Shown here piece after piece: positions 1-10,748 of a DNA stretch of 64,000 bases. The notes below the pieces were generated by a model, which saw nothing but the letters and a program-made list of their open reading frames with translations, was not told where the DNA came from and ran no database searches. Position numbers and translations under genes: made by a program. The number at the start of each line of letters is the position of its first letter. Positions within the stretch are counted from its first letter, which is position 1. Source of the DNA: Thermoanaerobaculia bacterium (lineage in GTDB: Bacteria > Acidobacteriota > Thermoanaerobaculia > Gp7-AA8); contig DATMNC010000063.1 in assembly GCA_035569395.1 (NCBI GenBank), positions 91,059 through 155,058 on the forward strand. The letters are read 5' to 3'.

Positions 1-1239
1 CATCTGGGCCGAGGAGTTGCGCACCTCGATGTAGGGGAACGTGTGCGCGCCGCACTTGTCGCCGAGGAGCAGCGAATCGCACTGCGAGTAATTGCGAGCC
101 CCCTCCGCCGACTTCATGATCTTCACTTCGCCGCGGTAGGTCTGCTGGCCGAAGCCGGCCGAAATCCCCTTCGAGATGATCGTCGAACGGGTGTTCTTGC
201 CGAGGTGAATCATCTTCGTACCGGTGTCGGCCTGCTGATAGTGATTCGTCAGCGCCACCGAGTAGAACTCGCCGACCGAGTTGTCCCCCTGCAGGATGCA
301 GCTCGGATACTTCCAGGTGATCGCGGAGCCGGTCTCTACCTGCGTCCACGACAACTTCGCATTCGTGAAGGCCTTGCCACGCTTGGTGACAAAGTTATAG
401 ATGCCGCCGCGCCCTTCCTTGTCGCCGGGATACCAGTTCTGCACGGTCGAGTACTTGATCGAGGCGTTGTCGAGCGCGACCAGCTCGACGACCGCGGCGT
501 GGAGCTGATTCTCATCGCGCATCGGTGCCGTGCATCCCTCGAGGTAGCTGACGGTGGCCCCTTCATCGGCGACGATCAGCGTCCGCTCGAACTGTCCGGT
601 ACCGGCCGAGTTGATCCGGAAATAGGTCGACAGCTCCATCGGGCAGCGAACGCCCTTCGGGATGTAGCAGAACGAACCGTCGGTGAAGACCGCGGCGTTG
701 AGCGTGGCGAAAAAGTTGTCGGTGTAGGGAACAACGCTGCCGAGGTACTTGCGGACCAGATCGGGGTGCTTCTGCACGGCGTCGGAGAACGAGCAGAAGA
801 TCACGCCCACCTTCGCCAACTCGGAGCGGAACGTCGTGGCGACGGAGACGGAATCGAAGACCGCGTCGACGGCCACGCCGGAGAGGCGCTTCTGCTCTTC
901 GAGCGAGATGCCGAGCTTGGCGAATGTGGCACGCAGCTCGGGGTCGACTTCATCGAGCGAGTTGAGCTTCTTTTTCTGCTTCGGCGCGGAGTAGTAGCAG
1001 ATGGACTGGTAGTCGATCGGGCCGTACTTGACGTTGGCCCACGTCGGCTCCTTCATCGTCGTCCAGTGGCGAAGAGCCTTGAGGCGGAAGTCGAGCATCC
1101 ACTCCGGCTCGTTCTTCTTCTTGGAGATGAGGCGGATGATGTCTTCGTTCAGCCCGGGAGGAGCCTGATCGGCTTCGATGTCGGTGACGAAGCCGTACTT
1201 GTACTCCTGACTGGCAATCTGTTCGATCGTGCTGGTCAT
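1..1239 (-). CDS. sufB: Fe-S cluster assembly protein SufB (3' end cut by window edge)
   Basis: Absent from the ORF track because it runs off the window. My reverse-strand translation from the ATG at 1239 reads [24 protein letters not shown]...[47 protein letters not shown]...[27 protein letters not shown], which is typical SufB. It overlaps the upstream Rrf2 gene by ATGA. The + strand ORF 43..1410 is its antisense shadow. Confidence 0.9.
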   Translation of the reverse strand, partial: MTSTIEQIASQEYKYGFVTDIEADQAPPGLNEDIIRLISKKKNEPEWMLDFRLKALRHWTTMKEPTWANVKYGPIDYQSICYYSAPKQKKKLNSLDEVDPELRATFAKLGISLEEQKRLSGVAVDAVFDSVSVATTFRSELAKVGVIFCSFSDAVQKHPDLVRKYLGSVVPYTDNFFATLNAAVFTDGSFCYIPKGVRCPMELSTYFRINSAGTGQFERTLIVADEGATVSYLEGCTAPMRDENQLHAAVVELVALDNASIKYSTVQNWYPGDKEGRGGIYNFVTKRGKAFTNAKLSWTQVETGSAITWKYPSCILQGDNSVGEFYSVALTNHYQQADTGTKMIHLGKNTRSTIISKGISAGFGQQTYRGEVKIMKSAEGARNYSQCDSLLLGDKCGAHTFPYIEVRNSSAQM

Positions 1240-1706
1240 GATGGGTTTCCAACTTGCAAGAACGCCGGTTTGTCGACCCGCGGTACCGGCATCACGCCAC
1301 GCGTGAGGTCGCCGAGCGTTACCTGCTCGAATGCTCCTTTGACCGCACGGTTGATGCCGAACATGAATCGCCGCGACGGGCAGGCCACACGGATGGCGCA
1401 GGCGGCGTGACCCTGATCGTCCGTCGTTTCGCACTCGACGAGATCCCACGGACCTTCGAGCGCGTCGATGAGCTGGCCGAGGGTGACGGACTCGGCGTCG
1501 CCGTGAAAGGTGTAGCCGCCTCCGACGCCGCGATGTGACTCGATCACCTCGCTCTGATGGAGCGTTTTGAGGACCTTGGTGATCATCGGCACCGGCAGAT
1601 GGTAGAACTCGGCAATCTCCCTCGCCGAGGCAACCTCACCGTTGTGACGGGCAAGATAGACGGCGGCAAGAAGGCCGTAATCAGTGAGTTTGGAGATCTT
1701 CAGCAT
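1236..1706 (-). CDS. Rrf2-family transcriptional regulator (IscR/SufR-like)
   Basis: The N-terminus [21 protein letters not shown]...[23 protein letters not shown] is a typical Rrf2 winged helix, followed by a Cys cluster (CAIRVACPS). It is translationally coupled to sufB. Confidence 0.85.
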   Translation of the reverse strand: MLKISKLTDYGLLAAVYLARHNGEVASAREIAEFYHLPVPMITKVLKTLHQSEVIESHRGVGGGYTFHGDAESVTLGQLIDALEGPWDLVECETTDDQGHAACAIRVACPSRRFMFGINRAVKGAFEQVTLGDLTRGVMPVPRVDKPAFLQVGNPS

Positions 1707-1845
1707 CGTTCGTTCCGTTAGGAGTTCCGTCAGTACGTTCGTGAAAAGAGCGAAACAGTACCACTACGGTACGGTTTGTTCAACTGATACGCAACGTTGC
1801 TTCTTCCCGCTCGCTCCTGGCATACAAGCTGCGACTGATTAGGGC

Positions 1846-2319
1846 GTGATGATCCGGAAAATCCCAACCCTCGCCGCGTTCGCTCTCGTCGTTTTCGCTT
1901 GCAGCAGGTCCGGCAAGATGCAGCGTGATCAGAAGCAGTACGACGTCGTGCCCGAAGGATCGGCGAGCGGCGTGACGTCGACCATCAACGGGCCGGGAGA
2001 GACGACTGCGCCGGTAACCGACACGAACGCCGACACGACGACGAACTTCACCATCCCGGCGAATCCGAGTCCGCTCGGCAACGACACGGCTGGGACGACG
2101 GCCCCGGTCGCACAGCAACCGTTACGTCCTCGCGTCTATACACCGCCGCCGCGACCGCAGGAGTTGCGGCCGGAGCCGGCAACGGACACGACGATGACGA
2201 CAACGGACTCGGAAACGACAACCACAACAACAACCACCTCGCCGAGCACGAAGAAGAAATCGGAGAAGGATCAGCCTCCTCCGCCTCCGCCAACCGGCAC
2301 GACCGGTACACGAGGCTAA
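1846..2319 (+). CDS. Thr/Pro-rich lipoprotein, function unknown
   Basis: Signal peptide plus lipobox (LVVFAC), then a low-complexity T/P-rich tail. The start may be GTG 1846 or ATG 1849. Confidence 0.55.
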   Translation: MMIRKIPTLAAFALVVFACSRSGKMQRDQKQYDVVPEGSASGVTSTINGPGETTAPVTDTNADTTTNFTIPANPSPLGNDTAGTTAPVAQQPLRPRVYTPPPRPQELRPEPATDTTMTTTDSETTTTTTTTSPSTKKKSEKDQPPPPPPTGTTGTRG

Positions 2320-2387
2320 TCCGCCCTTATCTGTGTCTATCTTCGCAGATCTGCGGATCAAAACTGTCGAGATAGAATGCGCCGCCA

Positions 2388-3275
2388 ATGCCGCGCCTCA
2401 CCTTTCAAGACCTCACCCTGCGCCTGCAGAACTTCTGGGCGGAGCGCGGCTGCATGATCGAAACCCCGCTCGATCTCGAAGTCGGCGCGGGCACGATGCA
2501 TCCCGCCACCTTCCTCCGCGTCCTCGGGCCGGAACCGTGGAGCGTCGGCTACGTGCAGCCGTCGCGCCGCCCGGCTGACGGCCGTTACGGCGACAACCCG
2601 TTCCGGCTCGGCAAGCACTACCAGTTTCAGGTCATCCTTAAGCCGTCGCCGCTGGACGTGCAGGAGCTGTATCTCGACTCGCTACGCGCACTCGGTCTCG
2701 ACCTGACCCGCCACGACATCCGCTTCGAGGAGGACAACTGGGAGTCGCCCACCCTCGGCGCATGGGGCGTCGGCTGGCAAGTCCTCCTCGACGGGATGGA
2801 GATCACCCAGTTCACCTATTTCCAGCAGGCAGGCGGCATCGATCTGGCTCCTATCTCCGCGGAGATCACCTACGGCCTGGAGCGCCTGACGATGTTTCTC
2901 TCCCGCCAGCCCTCGGTATACGACATCGAATGGGGAGCCGGCTTCGGCTATGGCCCGGTGCGGAAGCAGGACGAGTTCGAGTTCTCGAAGTACTACTTCG
3001 AGGTCGCCAACATCGCGTTGCATTGGAACCTTTTCGAGGAGTACGAGAAGGAAGCAAGAAGCTGTCTCGAAGCGAAACTGGTCCTGCCAGCCTACGACTG
3101 GACGCTGAAATGCTCGCACGTGTTCAACACGCTCGACGCGCGCGGCGCTGTCTCCGTTACGGAACGGGTCGGCATCATCAAACGCGTACGCGAGCTGGCC
3201 GTCGCCTGCGCGCAACAGTACCTGGCCTCTCGTGAAGCGCTCGGATTTCCGCTGCTGAAGGCGTCCAATGGCTGA
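2388..3275 (+). CDS. glyQ: glycine--tRNA ligase alpha subunit
   Basis: [47 protein letters not shown]...[22 protein letters not shown] is a hallmark GlyQ sequence. Confidence 0.95.
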   Translation: MPRLTFQDLTLRLQNFWAERGCMIETPLDLEVGAGTMHPATFLRVLGPEPWSVGYVQPSRRPADGRYGDNPFRLGKHYQFQVILKPSPLDVQELYLDSLRALGLDLTRHDIRFEEDNWESPTLGAWGVGWQVLLDGMEITQFTYFQQAGGIDLAPISAEITYGLERLTMFLSRQPSVYDIEWGAGFGYGPVRKQDEFEFSKYYFEVANIALHWNLFEEYEKEARSCLEAKLVLPAYDWTLKCSHVFNTLDARGAVSVTERVGIIKRVRELAVACAQQYLASREALGFPLLKASNG

Positions 3276-5352
3276 GTACTTTTTCGAGCTGCTGACGGAA
3301 GAGATCCCGGCCTGGATGCACACCGCCGCGCAAGCGACGTTGCTGCAGCAATTGACGAAACTGACGCAGGACCTCGGCGAGCCGCCCGACGACCGCAATC
3401 CGGTCGTCGTCAACAGCACCCCGCGCCGCATCATCTTCTTCCTCTCGCGCATCCCGCTCCGCGAGAGCGACCGCGAAGAAGAGGTGAAGGGGCCGCCTGT
3501 GAAGGCCGCTTATGACGCCGAGGGGAAGCCTACGCAGGCGCTGAACGGCTTCCTGAAAAAGAACAGCGCCACGATCGATGACGTGATCACGGGCGGCGAT
3601 TACATACGCGTCAAGCGCACGATCAAGGGCCGATCCGCGGGGGAGATTCTGCAGGAGCGCGTGCCGCCGATCATCGAGTCGTTGCGCTGGCCGAAGATGA
3701 TGCGGTGGGGAAAGGGCGAGCATTCCTACATCCGCCCGATCCACTCCGTCGTCTCCGTACTTGACGGCGAGCATCTGCCGATCACGATCTTCGACATCCC
3801 GTCCGGGGCAACCACGCGCGGCCACCGCACGCTGGCGCCGCAACCGATCGAGGTGCTCTCGTACAACGATTACGTGACGAAGCTGGAGCTGGCGCGCGTC
3901 GTCATCGACGCCGACCGCCGCCGCCAGGTGATGGCCGAGCGCGCCCGCGTCCTTGGCCAGCAGGCAGGCGGCACCCCGTCGGTCGACCCCTCGATCTGGT
4001 CGCAGTGGCAGTACCTCACCGAATACCCTGGCGTCGTTCGCGCCGAATTCGGCCGCGAATACCTGTCGCTGCCGGACGAGGTGCTGGTCACGGTGATGCG
4101 CGTCCATCAGAAGCAGCTCCCGATCCGTACCGCCGACGGACGGCTCACCAGTTTCTTCCTGGCCGTTCTCGACAACGACGCCGATCCGGACGGCAACGCC
4201 GCTTACGGCAATTCATTCGTCACGAACGCCCGCTTCGCCGATGCGAAGTTTTTCTATGAGACCGACCGAAAGCGGACACTCGAGTCGCGCCTCGATCAAC
4301 TCGAGCATCTGCAGTTTCAGGAGAAGCTCGGCAACTATCGCGACAAGACCAGGCGCATCGAGGAGATCGCAGCCGCCATCTCCGACGACGCCGATACACT
4401 CGCCGCGGCTCGACTCTGCAAAACCGATCTCCCCACGGAGATGGTCAAAGAGTTCACCGACCTCCAGGGAAAGATCGGCGGCATCTACGCCCGCGAGGAA
4501 GGGCTGCCGGAGAACACGTGGCAGGCCATCTACGATCACTATCTTCCGGTCAACATCGACGATGCGCTTCCGCGCACGCTCAGCGGGACGATCGTCTCGC
4601 TCGCCGACAAGATCGACACCCTCGCCGGATTCTTCCGCATCGGCGCGAAGCCAACCGGATCGAAGGACCCCTTCGCCCTGCGCCGCGCCGCACAGGGCAT
4701 CGTGCAGATCCTGCTCAACCGCGACAAGCGGTCCCTGAAGATCGGCATCGATAAGCTGATCGACATCGCCCTCGCAGCTCACCAGCAACCCAGCAACCCA
4801 GCAACCCAGCAACCCAAAGACGACCTCCTCGCCTTCTTCGCCGAGCGCGTTCGCACGATCCTGGAAGCCTCGGCATACGGCTTTGCCTACGACGAGATCG
4901 CAGCGGCCATGGAGGCGGGATGGGCATCGTCCCTCACCGACCTCGTCGACCGCATCACCGCGCTGAAGGCGATGCGCAACGAACCGAATTTCCTCTCGAT
5001 CCTCGACTCCGCCAAACGCATCGCCAACATCACCTCGGGTCAGGAGTCCGCGGCACGCGTCGATCCCTCGAAGCTCGAGAGCGACACGGAACGGCGGCTG
5101 GCCGAGCTCGTCCCGTTGATGAGCGATCAGATCGATGAGATGATCGGTGAACGTAATTACAAACTCGCGCTCGAGACCTTTGCCGCCATGGCGCCGGAGC
5201 TCGAGACGTTCTTCGACGAAGTGATGGTCATGGTCGAAGACGAGGGCGTGCGCCGCAACCGCATGGCGCTGCTGCGCACCGTCGGCAACGCCGTCATGAA
5301 GATCGCCGACGTGACCAGGATCGTCGTCAACCGGCGCGAGTATCGGGCATGA
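3268..5352 (+). CDS. glyS: glycine--tRNA ligase beta subunit
   Basis: Overlaps the glyQ stop. 694 aa with GlyS-like blocks ([48 protein letters not shown]). Contains a repeat-derived insert at 4783..4815. Confidence 0.92.
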   Translation: MAEYFFELLTEEIPAWMHTAAQATLLQQLTKLTQDLGEPPDDRNPVVVNSTPRRIIFFLSRIPLRESDREEEVKGPPVKAAYDAEGKPTQALNGFLKKNSATIDDVITGGDYIRVKRTIKGRSAGEILQERVPPIIESLRWPKMMRWGKGEHSYIRPIHSVVSVLDGEHLPITIFDIPSGATTRGHRTLAPQPIEVLSYNDYVTKLELARVVIDADRRRQVMAERARVLGQQAGGTPSVDPSIWSQWQYLTEYPGVVRAEFGREYLSLPDEVLVTVMRVHQKQLPIRTADGRLTSFFLAVLDNDADPDGNAAYGNSFVTNARFADAKFFYETDRKRTLESRLDQLEHLQFQEKLGNYRDKTRRIEEIAAAISDDADTLAAARLCKTDLPTEMVKEFTDLQGKIGGIYAREEGLPENTWQAIYDHYLPVNIDDALPRTLSGTIVSLADKIDTLAGFFRIGAKPTGSKDPFALRRAAQGIVQILLNRDKRSLKIGIDKLIDIALAAHQQPSNPATQQPKDDLLAFFAERVRTILEASAYGFAYDEIAAAMEAGWASSLTDLVDRITALKAMRNEPNFLSILDSAKRIANITSGQESAARVDPSKLESDTERRLAELVPLMSDQIDEMIGERNYKLALETFAAMAPELETFFDEVMVMVEDEGVRRNRMALLRTVGNAVMKIADVTRIVVNRREYRA

Positions 5353-6584
5353 ACGCTACAGTGAAGGCGCGGACTCTGCTGGCGTTGCTCCTCATCCTGA
5401 GTTGCGCGGGTCCCGCGCCGAAACCGGCCTCGGATCAGCAAGGCCCGAACGAGCTCCCCACCGATATCATCAACGAGCAGTCGAGCCTCCTCGACATCAC
5501 GCGCGGCGCGACGATCGTCTCCCGCACCGGCGAGGCCATGCTGCTCACCTCGGCCATCTACACGATCGACGGCGAGATCAGCTCGTTCTGGGCGCCGCCG
5601 CCCCGCGACTATCCGCAGTCGATCGTAATCGCCCTCGGCGCGCGGAGCCGTATCGACCGGGTCGGGTTTCGCACACTCGTCAAAGGGGCGTACGAAGCGA
5701 ATCATGTGACGTTCGAGCGCTCGCTCGACGGCTCCGCGTGGCAGCCATTGGGAACGATGACGGCGCGCCAGATCAGCGAAGCGCAATGGCTCGATGTCAC
5801 GCCATCCGAGGCCGCGTATCTGCGCATCACGGTCCCTGACGCCAGGCATCCCGTGCGTGACGTTCGCCTGCAATCGCTCCTCGCGCACGGCACGGAGACT
5901 GGTCCGCGGAGCGACCCACCGCTCGACGGCTGCTGGTCGATCAACGGCGAGGCCGCCGGCTTCGTCCAGCGCGGCGGGCGCGCAACCGGCGTCGTCGCTC
6001 AGGGCACCCTGCCTGTTTTTTTCGCCGGGGGCACGAATGGCAGGATGTGGCGTTTCAACTGGATTCGCGGCAACGACTACGGTTTCACGGCGCTCACCGT
6101 GTCGCCCGACGGCAAACATCTCAGTGCTCTCGACTGGCACGAGGAAGCGATCCCGCTCTTCGTCTCCCTCCCCTGGTCTGGCGAGCGTGCTCCCTGCACC
6201 GCCCCCGCTCCGCGCGACGACGTTCCGCTGGCGGTGCTCCGGCGCGCAAACCACGTAGCGATGTTCGCGTTGCAATTTGATTCGGCAGGGGAGCTGGTTG
6301 TCGGAGCCAGCCGCGAGGAGCTGCAGTCACTGGCTGGCATCATTCACAACGCGCCGGTTCCTCTTCGCATCGTGGCACACGAGTTCCGCCAGGCTGACGC
6401 GAAACGCAACAAAGAATTCGCCGAGCATGAGATCGCCTCGGTTCGCAAGGCGCTCGAGAGCCTCGGCACCGGCCTCGGGCGCGTCGACTTCCTTGCCGCC
6501 GGCAGCGACTCCCCCCGCCAGACGCCGGCCACCGACGCCGCGAGGGTGATCTACTCCAGCGTTGAGCTGGAAGTTCGGAGATAA
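5349..6584 (+). CDS. lipoprotein with discoidin-like N-domain and OmpA-like C-terminal segment (tentative)
   Basis: Signal peptide plus lipobox (LILSCAG). ATGA overlap with the glyS stop. The domain guesses rest on sequence character only. Confidence 0.55.
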   Translation: MNATVKARTLLALLLILSCAGPAPKPASDQQGPNELPTDIINEQSSLLDITRGATIVSRTGEAMLLTSAIYTIDGEISSFWAPPPRDYPQSIVIALGARSRIDRVGFRTLVKGAYEANHVTFERSLDGSAWQPLGTMTARQISEAQWLDVTPSEAAYLRITVPDARHPVRDVRLQSLLAHGTETGPRSDPPLDGCWSINGEAAGFVQRGGRATGVVAQGTLPVFFAGGTNGRMWRFNWIRGNDYGFTALTVSPDGKHLSALDWHEEAIPLFVSLPWSGERAPCTAPAPRDDVPLAVLRRANHVAMFALQFDSAGELVVGASREELQSLAGIIHNAPVPLRIVAHEFRQADAKRNKEFAEHEIASVRKALESLGTGLGRVDFLAAGSDSPRQTPATDAARVIYSSVELEVRR

Positions 6585-6594
6585 TCGCGCCGCG

Positions 6595-9336
6595 ATGGGG
6601 CAGCCGCAATACGTCTACTACTTCGGCGACGGTAACGCCGAGGGCAACGCCAAAATGAAGGAAGTCCTCGGCGGCAAAGGCGCGGGCCTGGCCGAGATGA
6701 CGAACATCGGCGTTCCCGTCCCTCCCGGCTTCACCATCTCCACCGGCGTCTGCACCTGGTTCTATGACCACGGGAAGACGTACCCGCCGGAACTGAAGAG
6801 CGCCGTGGAAGAGAACCTCGCACGCGTCGAGAAATCCGTCGGCCGCAAATTCGGCGATCGCAACAAACCGCTCCTCGTCTCCGTCCGCTCTGGCGCGCGC
6901 GCGTCGATGCCGGGCATGATGGACACGATCCTCAACCTCGGCCTGAACGACCAGACGGTGCAGGGACTGGCCACCTCGTCGAAAGACGAGCGCTTCGCCC
7001 TCGACTCGTACCGGCGCTTCATCCAGATGTACTCCGGAGTCGTGCTGGAGATTGACAAGGATCACTTCGAGCACGAGCTTTTTGCGCTGCGCGACAAGTC
7101 GGGCGTCAAGACCGACGCAGAGATCCCGGCCGAGGGATTGCGCGGCCTGGTCGAAACATACAAAGGCATCGTCCGCGAGAAAAGCGGCAACGACTTTCCG
7201 CAGGATGTGCAGCAGCAGCTCTGGGGTGCCATCGGCGCGGTCTTCAACTCCTGGAACAACCAGCGCGCCATCACCTACCGCAAACTCAATCAGATCCCCA
7301 ACGAATGGGGCACAGCCGTCAACGTGCAATCGATGGTCTTCGGGAACATGGGAGACGACTGCGCCACCGGTGTGGCCTTCACGCGCAATCCCGCCACCGG
7401 CGAGCACCGCTTCTTTGGCGAATACCTCCCCAACGCCCAGGGCGAAGACGTCGTAGCCGGCATCCGCACACCGCTGCCGATCTCGAAAGCGCAGGCGCTC
7501 GAGCACGAGAAGTCGCTCGAAGAAACCATGCCCGAGGCCTACAGCCAGCTCGAGGAGGTCTACAAGAAACTCGAAAGCCACTACCGTGACATGCAGGACA
7601 TCGAGTTCACCATCCAATCGGGCAAGCTCTATCTCCTGCAGACGCGCACCGGCAAGCGGACCGGCTTCGCCGCGGTGAAGATCGCTTGCGACATGGTCGA
7701 CGAAGGTCTCATCAACAACATCGAGGCAGTCTCACGCGTCGAGGCCGGCCAGATCGTGCAGCTCCTCGCGCCGGTGTTCGATACGAAGGAGAAGCAGAAA
7801 GCGACGTCGGGTGGCCGCGTCCTCGGGCGCGGACTTCCGGCTGGTCCGGGCGCCGCGGCGGGGCGCATCGCCTTCAACGCCGATCGCGCCGTGCAGATGG
7901 CGAAGGATAGTGATGATCCGGTGATCCTCGTGCGGATCGAGACGTCGCCCGAGGATATCGCCGGCATGCATAGCGCGGCCGGCATCCTCACGACCCGCGG
8001 GGGACTGACCTCGCACGCGGCAGTCGTCGCCCGCGGCATGGGGCGGCCGTGCATCGTCGGCGCCGGTGTGCTGCGCGTCGACTACAGCAAAGGAGAGCTG
8101 CGTAGCGAGGGGCACGAGCCGCTGGAAGAAGGCGATTGGTTGTCGATCGACGGCTCCACCGGCGAGATCATCGGCGGCAAAGTCGAGACGAGACCCTCCG
8201 AGGTCATCCAAGTGTTACTGGAAGGATCTCTGCCCGCCGATCAGTCAGAGACGTTCCGCAATTTCGATCGCCTCCTCAAATGGGCCGACGAGATCCGTAC
8301 CCTCGGCGTCCGCACGAATGCCGATACGCCGAACGATGCCCGCGTGGCGCGGCTCTTCGGCGCGGCCGGCATCGGTCTCTGCCGGACAGAGCACATGTTC
8401 TTTTCCGAGGACCGCATCCTGCGTGTCCGCGAAATGATCCTGGCGCGCAACGAGGCTGGGCGGCGGAAGTCGCTCGATCAGTTGCTGCCGTTCCAGAAGG
8501 CCGACTTCGAAGGGATCTTCCGCGAGCTGGACGGTCTGCCGGTCACGATCCGCCTCCTCGACCCGCCGCTCCACGAGTTCCTCCCGCACAGCGAGCAACA
8601 GATCTCCGCGGTGGCCCGCGATATGGGATGGGGCTTCGTCGAACTGCGCGCCAAGGTGAACCAGCTCCACGAATCGAATCCGATGCTCGGGCACCGCGGC
8701 TGCCGGCTGGCGATCACGTTCCCGGAGATCTACGAGATGCAGGTGCGGGCGATCTTCCTGGCCGCCTGCGAGGTGAAGAAGGACGGCATCGATGCCCGTC
8801 CCGAGGTGATGATCCCTCTGGTCGGCACGGTCAGAGAGCTGGCGATGTTGAAGGAGATGGTCCAGCGCGTTGCCGCCGAGGTAATCAAGGAGCAGGGCAC
8901 CGAACTGCCGATCATCGTCGGCACGATGATCGAGATTCCCCGCGCTGCCTTGATCGCCGATCAGCTCGGCCAGGTAGCGGAGTTCTTCTCATTCGGCACG
9001 AACGATCTGACGCAGATGACATTCGGCTACTCACGCGACGATGCCGGATCGTTTCTCCCCGAGTATGTCGAAAAGAGGATTCTTCCGAAGGATCCATTCG
9101 AGTCGATCGATCAGGAAGGCGTCGGCCAGTTGGTGCGCCTCGGCACGGAACGCGGCCGGAGCACGAACAAAGAGCTGAAAGTCGGCGTCTGCGGCGAGCA
9201 CGGCGGCGATCCCGACTCCATCCGCTTCTTCCGAACCTGCGGATTGAACTACGTGTCCTGCTCCCCCTACCGCGTACCGGTGGCACGTCTGGCGGCGGCA
9301 CAGGCAGAGCTGGAGTTCAAGCAGTACGAGGGGTGA
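6595..9336 (+). CDS. ppdK: pyruvate, phosphate dikinase
   Basis: YVYYFGDGNAEGNAKMKEVLGGKGAGLAEMTNIGVPVPPGFTIST, a phospho-His region GGLTSHAAVVARGMG, and a C-terminal PEP-utilising TIM barrel. I prefer the ATG at 6595 (GGAGA 13 nt upstream) over the track's TTG at 6562. Confidence 0.93.
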   Translation: MGQPQYVYYFGDGNAEGNAKMKEVLGGKGAGLAEMTNIGVPVPPGFTISTGVCTWFYDHGKTYPPELKSAVEENLARVEKSVGRKFGDRNKPLLVSVRSGARASMPGMMDTILNLGLNDQTVQGLATSSKDERFALDSYRRFIQMYSGVVLEIDKDHFEHELFALRDKSGVKTDAEIPAEGLRGLVETYKGIVREKSGNDFPQDVQQQLWGAIGAVFNSWNNQRAITYRKLNQIPNEWGTAVNVQSMVFGNMGDDCATGVAFTRNPATGEHRFFGEYLPNAQGEDVVAGIRTPLPISKAQALEHEKSLEETMPEAYSQLEEVYKKLESHYRDMQDIEFTIQSGKLYLLQTRTGKRTGFAAVKIACDMVDEGLINNIEAVSRVEAGQIVQLLAPVFDTKEKQKATSGGRVLGRGLPAGPGAAAGRIAFNADRAVQMAKDSDDPVILVRIETSPEDIAGMHSAAGILTTRGGLTSHAAVVARGMGRPCIVGAGVLRVDYSKGELRSEGHEPLEEGDWLSIDGSTGEIIGGKVETRPSEVIQVLLEGSLPADQSETFRNFDRLLKWADEIRTLGVRTNADTPNDARVARLFGAAGIGLCRTEHMFFSEDRILRVREMILARNEAGRRKSLDQLLPFQKADFEGIFRELDGLPVTIRLLDPPLHEFLPHSEQQISAVARDMGWGFVELRAKVNQLHESNPMLGHRGCRLAITFPEIYEMQVRAIFLAACEVKKDGIDARPEVMIPLVGTVRELAMLKEMVQRVAAEVIKEQGTELPIIVGTMIEIPRAALIADQLGQVAEFFSFGTNDLTQMTFGYSRDDAGSFLPEYVEKRILPKDPFESIDQEGVGQLVRLGTERGRSTNKELKVGVCGEHGGDPDSIRFFRTCGLNYVSCSPYRVPVARLAAAQAELEFKQYEG

Positions 9337-9347
9337 GCTGAAACCCC

Positions 9348-9442
9348 GAATGTTCAATGTTGAATGTTCACTGTTAAGTGTTGAATGTGGTGTCGTTTAG
9401 GTCACTTTCCATTCAACATTGAACATTCAACATTCAACATTG
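9348..9442. repeat. inverted arrays of GAATGTT / AACATTC heptamers (element E1)
   Basis: Left arm: GAATGTT CAATGTT GAATGTT CACTGTT AAGTGTT GAATGTG. About 18 nt of loop. Right arm: CATTCA ACATTGA ACATTCA ACATTCA ACATTG. Lies between the convergent ppdK and dedA stops. Confidence 0.85.
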
Positions 9443-9453
9443 CCTTTAAGCCT

Positions 9454-10026
9454 TCAACCTTCCCCGATCTCCTCGCGCTTTTCCTTCCACTTGTGGTACG
9501 CCCAGAAACCGAGCGCGGCCACGGCCAGCACGATCAGCCCGTATTTTTCAATATGCGCGGCCCGCCCGAGGACCCGCTCGACGGCACGGCCGAAGTAGAA
9601 GCCGGCAGTGCCGATGATGATCGCCCAGACCATGCACGTAAGTGCCTCGTATAGCAGGAACTTGAGCGTCGAGACCTTCGAGATGCCGATGATCACCGCG
9701 CAGGTGATGCGCAAGCCGTAGAGCCACTGGGTGATGAAGATCGCCGGCGCTCCGTAACGCTCGAAAAGGCGGATCCCCTTACCGAAGTGACGCTTCATCC
9801 TCGGGAAGCGGTCGAGCAGTCTCACCCCCTGTGTCCGTCCGAGCCAGAACCAGAAGACGTGACCGGAGTATGCGCCGGTGCAGGCTGTGGCGATGACGAA
9901 CGGGAGCCTGAGATAACCACGCTCGGCAAAGAAGCCGGCCATCACCAGGATCGTCTCCCCTTCGAGGAACGTCCCAACGAAGACAGCGAGGTATCCAAAC
10001 TTCTGGAGCAGTAGCTCGGGCGTCAT
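9454..10026 (-). CDS. DedA-family membrane protein
   Basis: FGYLAVFVGTFLEGETILVMAGFFAERGYL plus multiple TM segments, typical of DedA/SNARE-associated proteins. Confidence 0.85.
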   Translation of the reverse strand: MTPELLLQKFGYLAVFVGTFLEGETILVMAGFFAERGYLRLPFVIATACTGAYSGHVFWFWLGRTQGVRLLDRFPRMKRHFGKGIRLFERYGAPAIFITQWLYGLRITCAVIIGISKVSTLKFLLYEALTCMVWAIIIGTAGFYFGRAVERVLGRAAHIEKYGLIVLAVAALGFWAYHKWKEKREEIGEG

Positions 10027-10111
10027 TCAAACCCGCAAGGTGCAAGATTCGGGGAGGGTCATGAAATTTGGTCTGCGAAGACTAACATTGAACACGGTAG
10101 CGGAGGACCCG

Positions 10112-10657
10112 ATGAAACCGATCGCCATCAGTAGCTATCTCGCATTTGCAGCCCTGTCGCTGTATGCGGCCGATCCGCAGGCGGCGAAAGAGGACCCCAC
10201 GCCACAAACGGTGACGCACACCCAGAAGGTTCTCTCGCAGCAGAATAGTGTGACTGCCGGCGGCGACTCGCCGCTCGTCCGGGCAGCGAAGGCTAGTCAT
10301 GCCGGCAGGAAGTCATCGTCCCCGGTCATCACGAACGAAACACTCGTGCATGAGGGCGGACACTTCACGACCACGAGCTCGCAGCCACCACTTCCGTCCG
10401 GCGGCAGATCAGCGGGACCCTCCCTCGATCAGATGGAGGCTGAGGCACGTCGCGCCAGGATGGAAGCAGCGGCCTCCGCCGAGCTGGCCCGGAAGCTCGA
10501 AGAGCAGAAGACGTATGCGGCCGGCCGTGCGGCCATACGCGCGCAAGGCGACACGGCCGAAGGTCTCTACGCCGATTCACCGGGGGGCGAGAACGGAGCG
10601 ATCCAGACCGTCAAGCCGGAGACATTGCCGACAGCACCAGCGAAACCGCCGCAATAA
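10112..10657 (+). CDS. secreted hypothetical protein
   Basis: ATG at 10112 preceded by GGAGGA. Signal peptide MKPIAISSYLAFAALSLYA. The remainder is low-complexity. Confidence 0.55.
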   Translation: MKPIAISSYLAFAALSLYAADPQAAKEDPTPQTVTHTQKVLSQQNSVTAGGDSPLVRAAKASHAGRKSSSPVITNETLVHEGGHFTTTSSQPPLPSGGRSAGPSLDQMEAEARRARMEAAASAELARKLEEQKTYAAGRAAIRAQGDTAEGLYADSPGGENGAIQTVKPETLPTAPAKPPQ

Positions 10658-10745
10658 CGGTTGCGCGGTCTCGGGGTTGCGAGGTCTCGCGGTGTTGGCT
10701 AACTCAAGCAACCGCGAGACCTCGAAACCTCGAGACCCCGCAAGG
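10658..10745. repeat. inverted arrays of GGTTGCG / GGTCTCG octamer units (element E2)
   Basis: cggttgcgcggtctcggggttgcgaggtctcgcggtgttgg, a loop, then caaccgcgagacctcgaaacctcgagaccccgcaagg. Starts right after the stop at 10657 and ends at the gpsA stop. Confidence 0.85.
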
Positions 10746-10748
10746 CCT

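Noticed and set aside
43-1410. 455-aa plus-strand ORF at the left edge
   Set aside because: It is the antisense shadow of sufB and the Rrf2 gene. The translation is Arg/Leu/Gly-rich with no domain character, while the minus strand gives a clean SufB sequence.
3178-4107. Long minus-strand ORFs inside glyS, the lipoprotein gene and ppdK (3178..4107, 5157..6275, 6340..7617, 7732..8211)
   Set aside because: These are typical high-GC antisense ORFs, Arg/Ala/Gly-rich. The opposite strand encodes strongly recognisable proteins.
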